Assembly: GCF_006345805.1 (NCBI RefSeq)
Contig: NW_021825323.1
Coordinates: forward strand, 558,001-622,000
From: Octopus sinensis
Taxonomy: Eukaryota
Length of the DNA stretch: 64,000 nucleotides
Reading direction: 5' to 3'
The notes under the pieces were generated by a model that was not told where the DNA came from, made no database searches, and saw only the letters and a list, made by a program, of their open reading frames with translations. Positions 63,200-64,000 of this stretch are shown here, one piece after another. Each line of letters begins with the position of its first letter. Position 1 is the first letter of the stretch. The translations under genes and the position numbers were made by a program.

Positions 63200-64000
63200 G
63201 AGGGAGAAAGTTAATGAGACAACGTATGCCTCTTCTTCGTTGTTTCCCTCTTTTTTTTTTTTTTTTAAAAAACGTGGTGTTTGTGACGTGGTGTTCTTGT
63301 GAGCAAAATAAAAGAAAAATACTAATAACAATTTCACAATGAATTATTCAAAATCCAAGAAGAATTTTAAATCCCCGAATATCCAGGCTTCTGTGCCATC
63401 AATCTCGGCTTCTGTGCGCTCTATTTCGGCCTCTGTGCCTTCTATCTCGACCTCTGTACCATCTATCTCGGCCTCCGTGCCATCTATCCCGGCCTCCGTG
63501 CCATCTGTATGCCTGAGTATTGTACTATCAATACACAACTCAGAGCTCGATCTATTGAGATAGCAAAAACACTTTGTGGTTGTGAAATCGCTTGTAAGGC
63601 TCGAGTGACACGTCGTCACTCGGCGACTACGTTTTGGATTTCAAAAGTAAAGAGGATCTTTCGGCCTTTGTTGACTACTGTAAGTATACCCAGCCCTTTG
63701 GACCAAATGGCCACAAATCGAGGAGGCAAAGCCACGTGCGTCCGCGATAATGCTTAGGAACCTCCCGAACTGGGTTGGAACCGAGGAACTTGTAAAGTAT
63801 CGGTAAACTAATCTCTCCGGGGTTTTTGGTTGAGAGATTTTTCCGAAATGGAAGTCCACTTCCTCTGGCTAAAGTGACCATCCCCTCTAGGGGTGAAGCA
63901 GCCTCTCTCATGAATGGGGTTGAAAATTGGTTTCCGCGAAATTTTCTGTAGTTGGTACAAGCAACCAGACACGCAATGTTTCCGCTGCCAGCGTTTCGGA
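63200..64000 (+). mobile_element. 5' region and degenerate ORF1 (gag-like) of a LINE running off the window
   Basis: Ends with QPDTQCFRCQRFG, the start of a CCHC knuckle. The 5' boundary is approximate. Confidence 0.6.
63386..63511 (+). repeat. 21-bp tandem repeat x6 (ASVPSIS-like)
   Basis: Units of the form ggc(t/c)tc(t/c)gtgccatctatctc from 63386. Confidence 0.9.

Noticed and set aside
63344-63619. Minus-strand ORF with DGTEAEI repeats resembling an acidic repeat protein
   Set aside because: It is the antisense reading of the 21-bp minisatellite.
1-64000. Prokaryotic defence or operon-type system, rRNA, tRNA
   Set aside because: Spliceosomal introns, eukaryotic genes and eukaryotic TE superfamilies occur throughout. 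No RNA-gene signatures were seen by eye.

Overview
This is AT-rich eukaryotic DNA dominated by nested transposable elements, with nine compact host genes between them. The ORF track largely misses those genes because they are cut by spliceosomal micro-introns, mostly 22-31 nt GT..AG. Splicing by hand gave: an SLC6 transporter, an SYCP2-like meiotic axis protein (17 introns, 622 aa), a DRAM/TMEM150-like membrane protein, C1D/Rrp47, an OSTM1-like protein, an SRF-type MADS-box factor, COPB1, RPS24 and an EF-hand protein. OSTM1-like, SYCP2-like and neurotransmitter-type SLC6 genes point to a metazoan. A reduced parasite such as a myxozoan or dicyemid fits the intron sizes, but that is inference. 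The elements are a non-autonomous Helitron, Ginger2-type (TGT..ACA, 5-bp TSD), hAT (Buster, CGGBP1-like, BED-only), Tigger/pogo and Tc1, R4/Dong-like and about nine CRE-like RLE retrotransposon copies, RTE fragments, and APE-type LINEs. The highlights are a ~3 kb single-ORF LINE with a virus-like 2A (StopGo) motif ahead of its endonuclease, a PHD-finger CRE element that lacks its RT, transposases carrying host-sized micro-introns at non-shared positions, and the hidden SYCP2-like gene. No rRNA, tRNA or CRISPR array was seen. All family assignments come from motif recognition by eye; no database searches were run.
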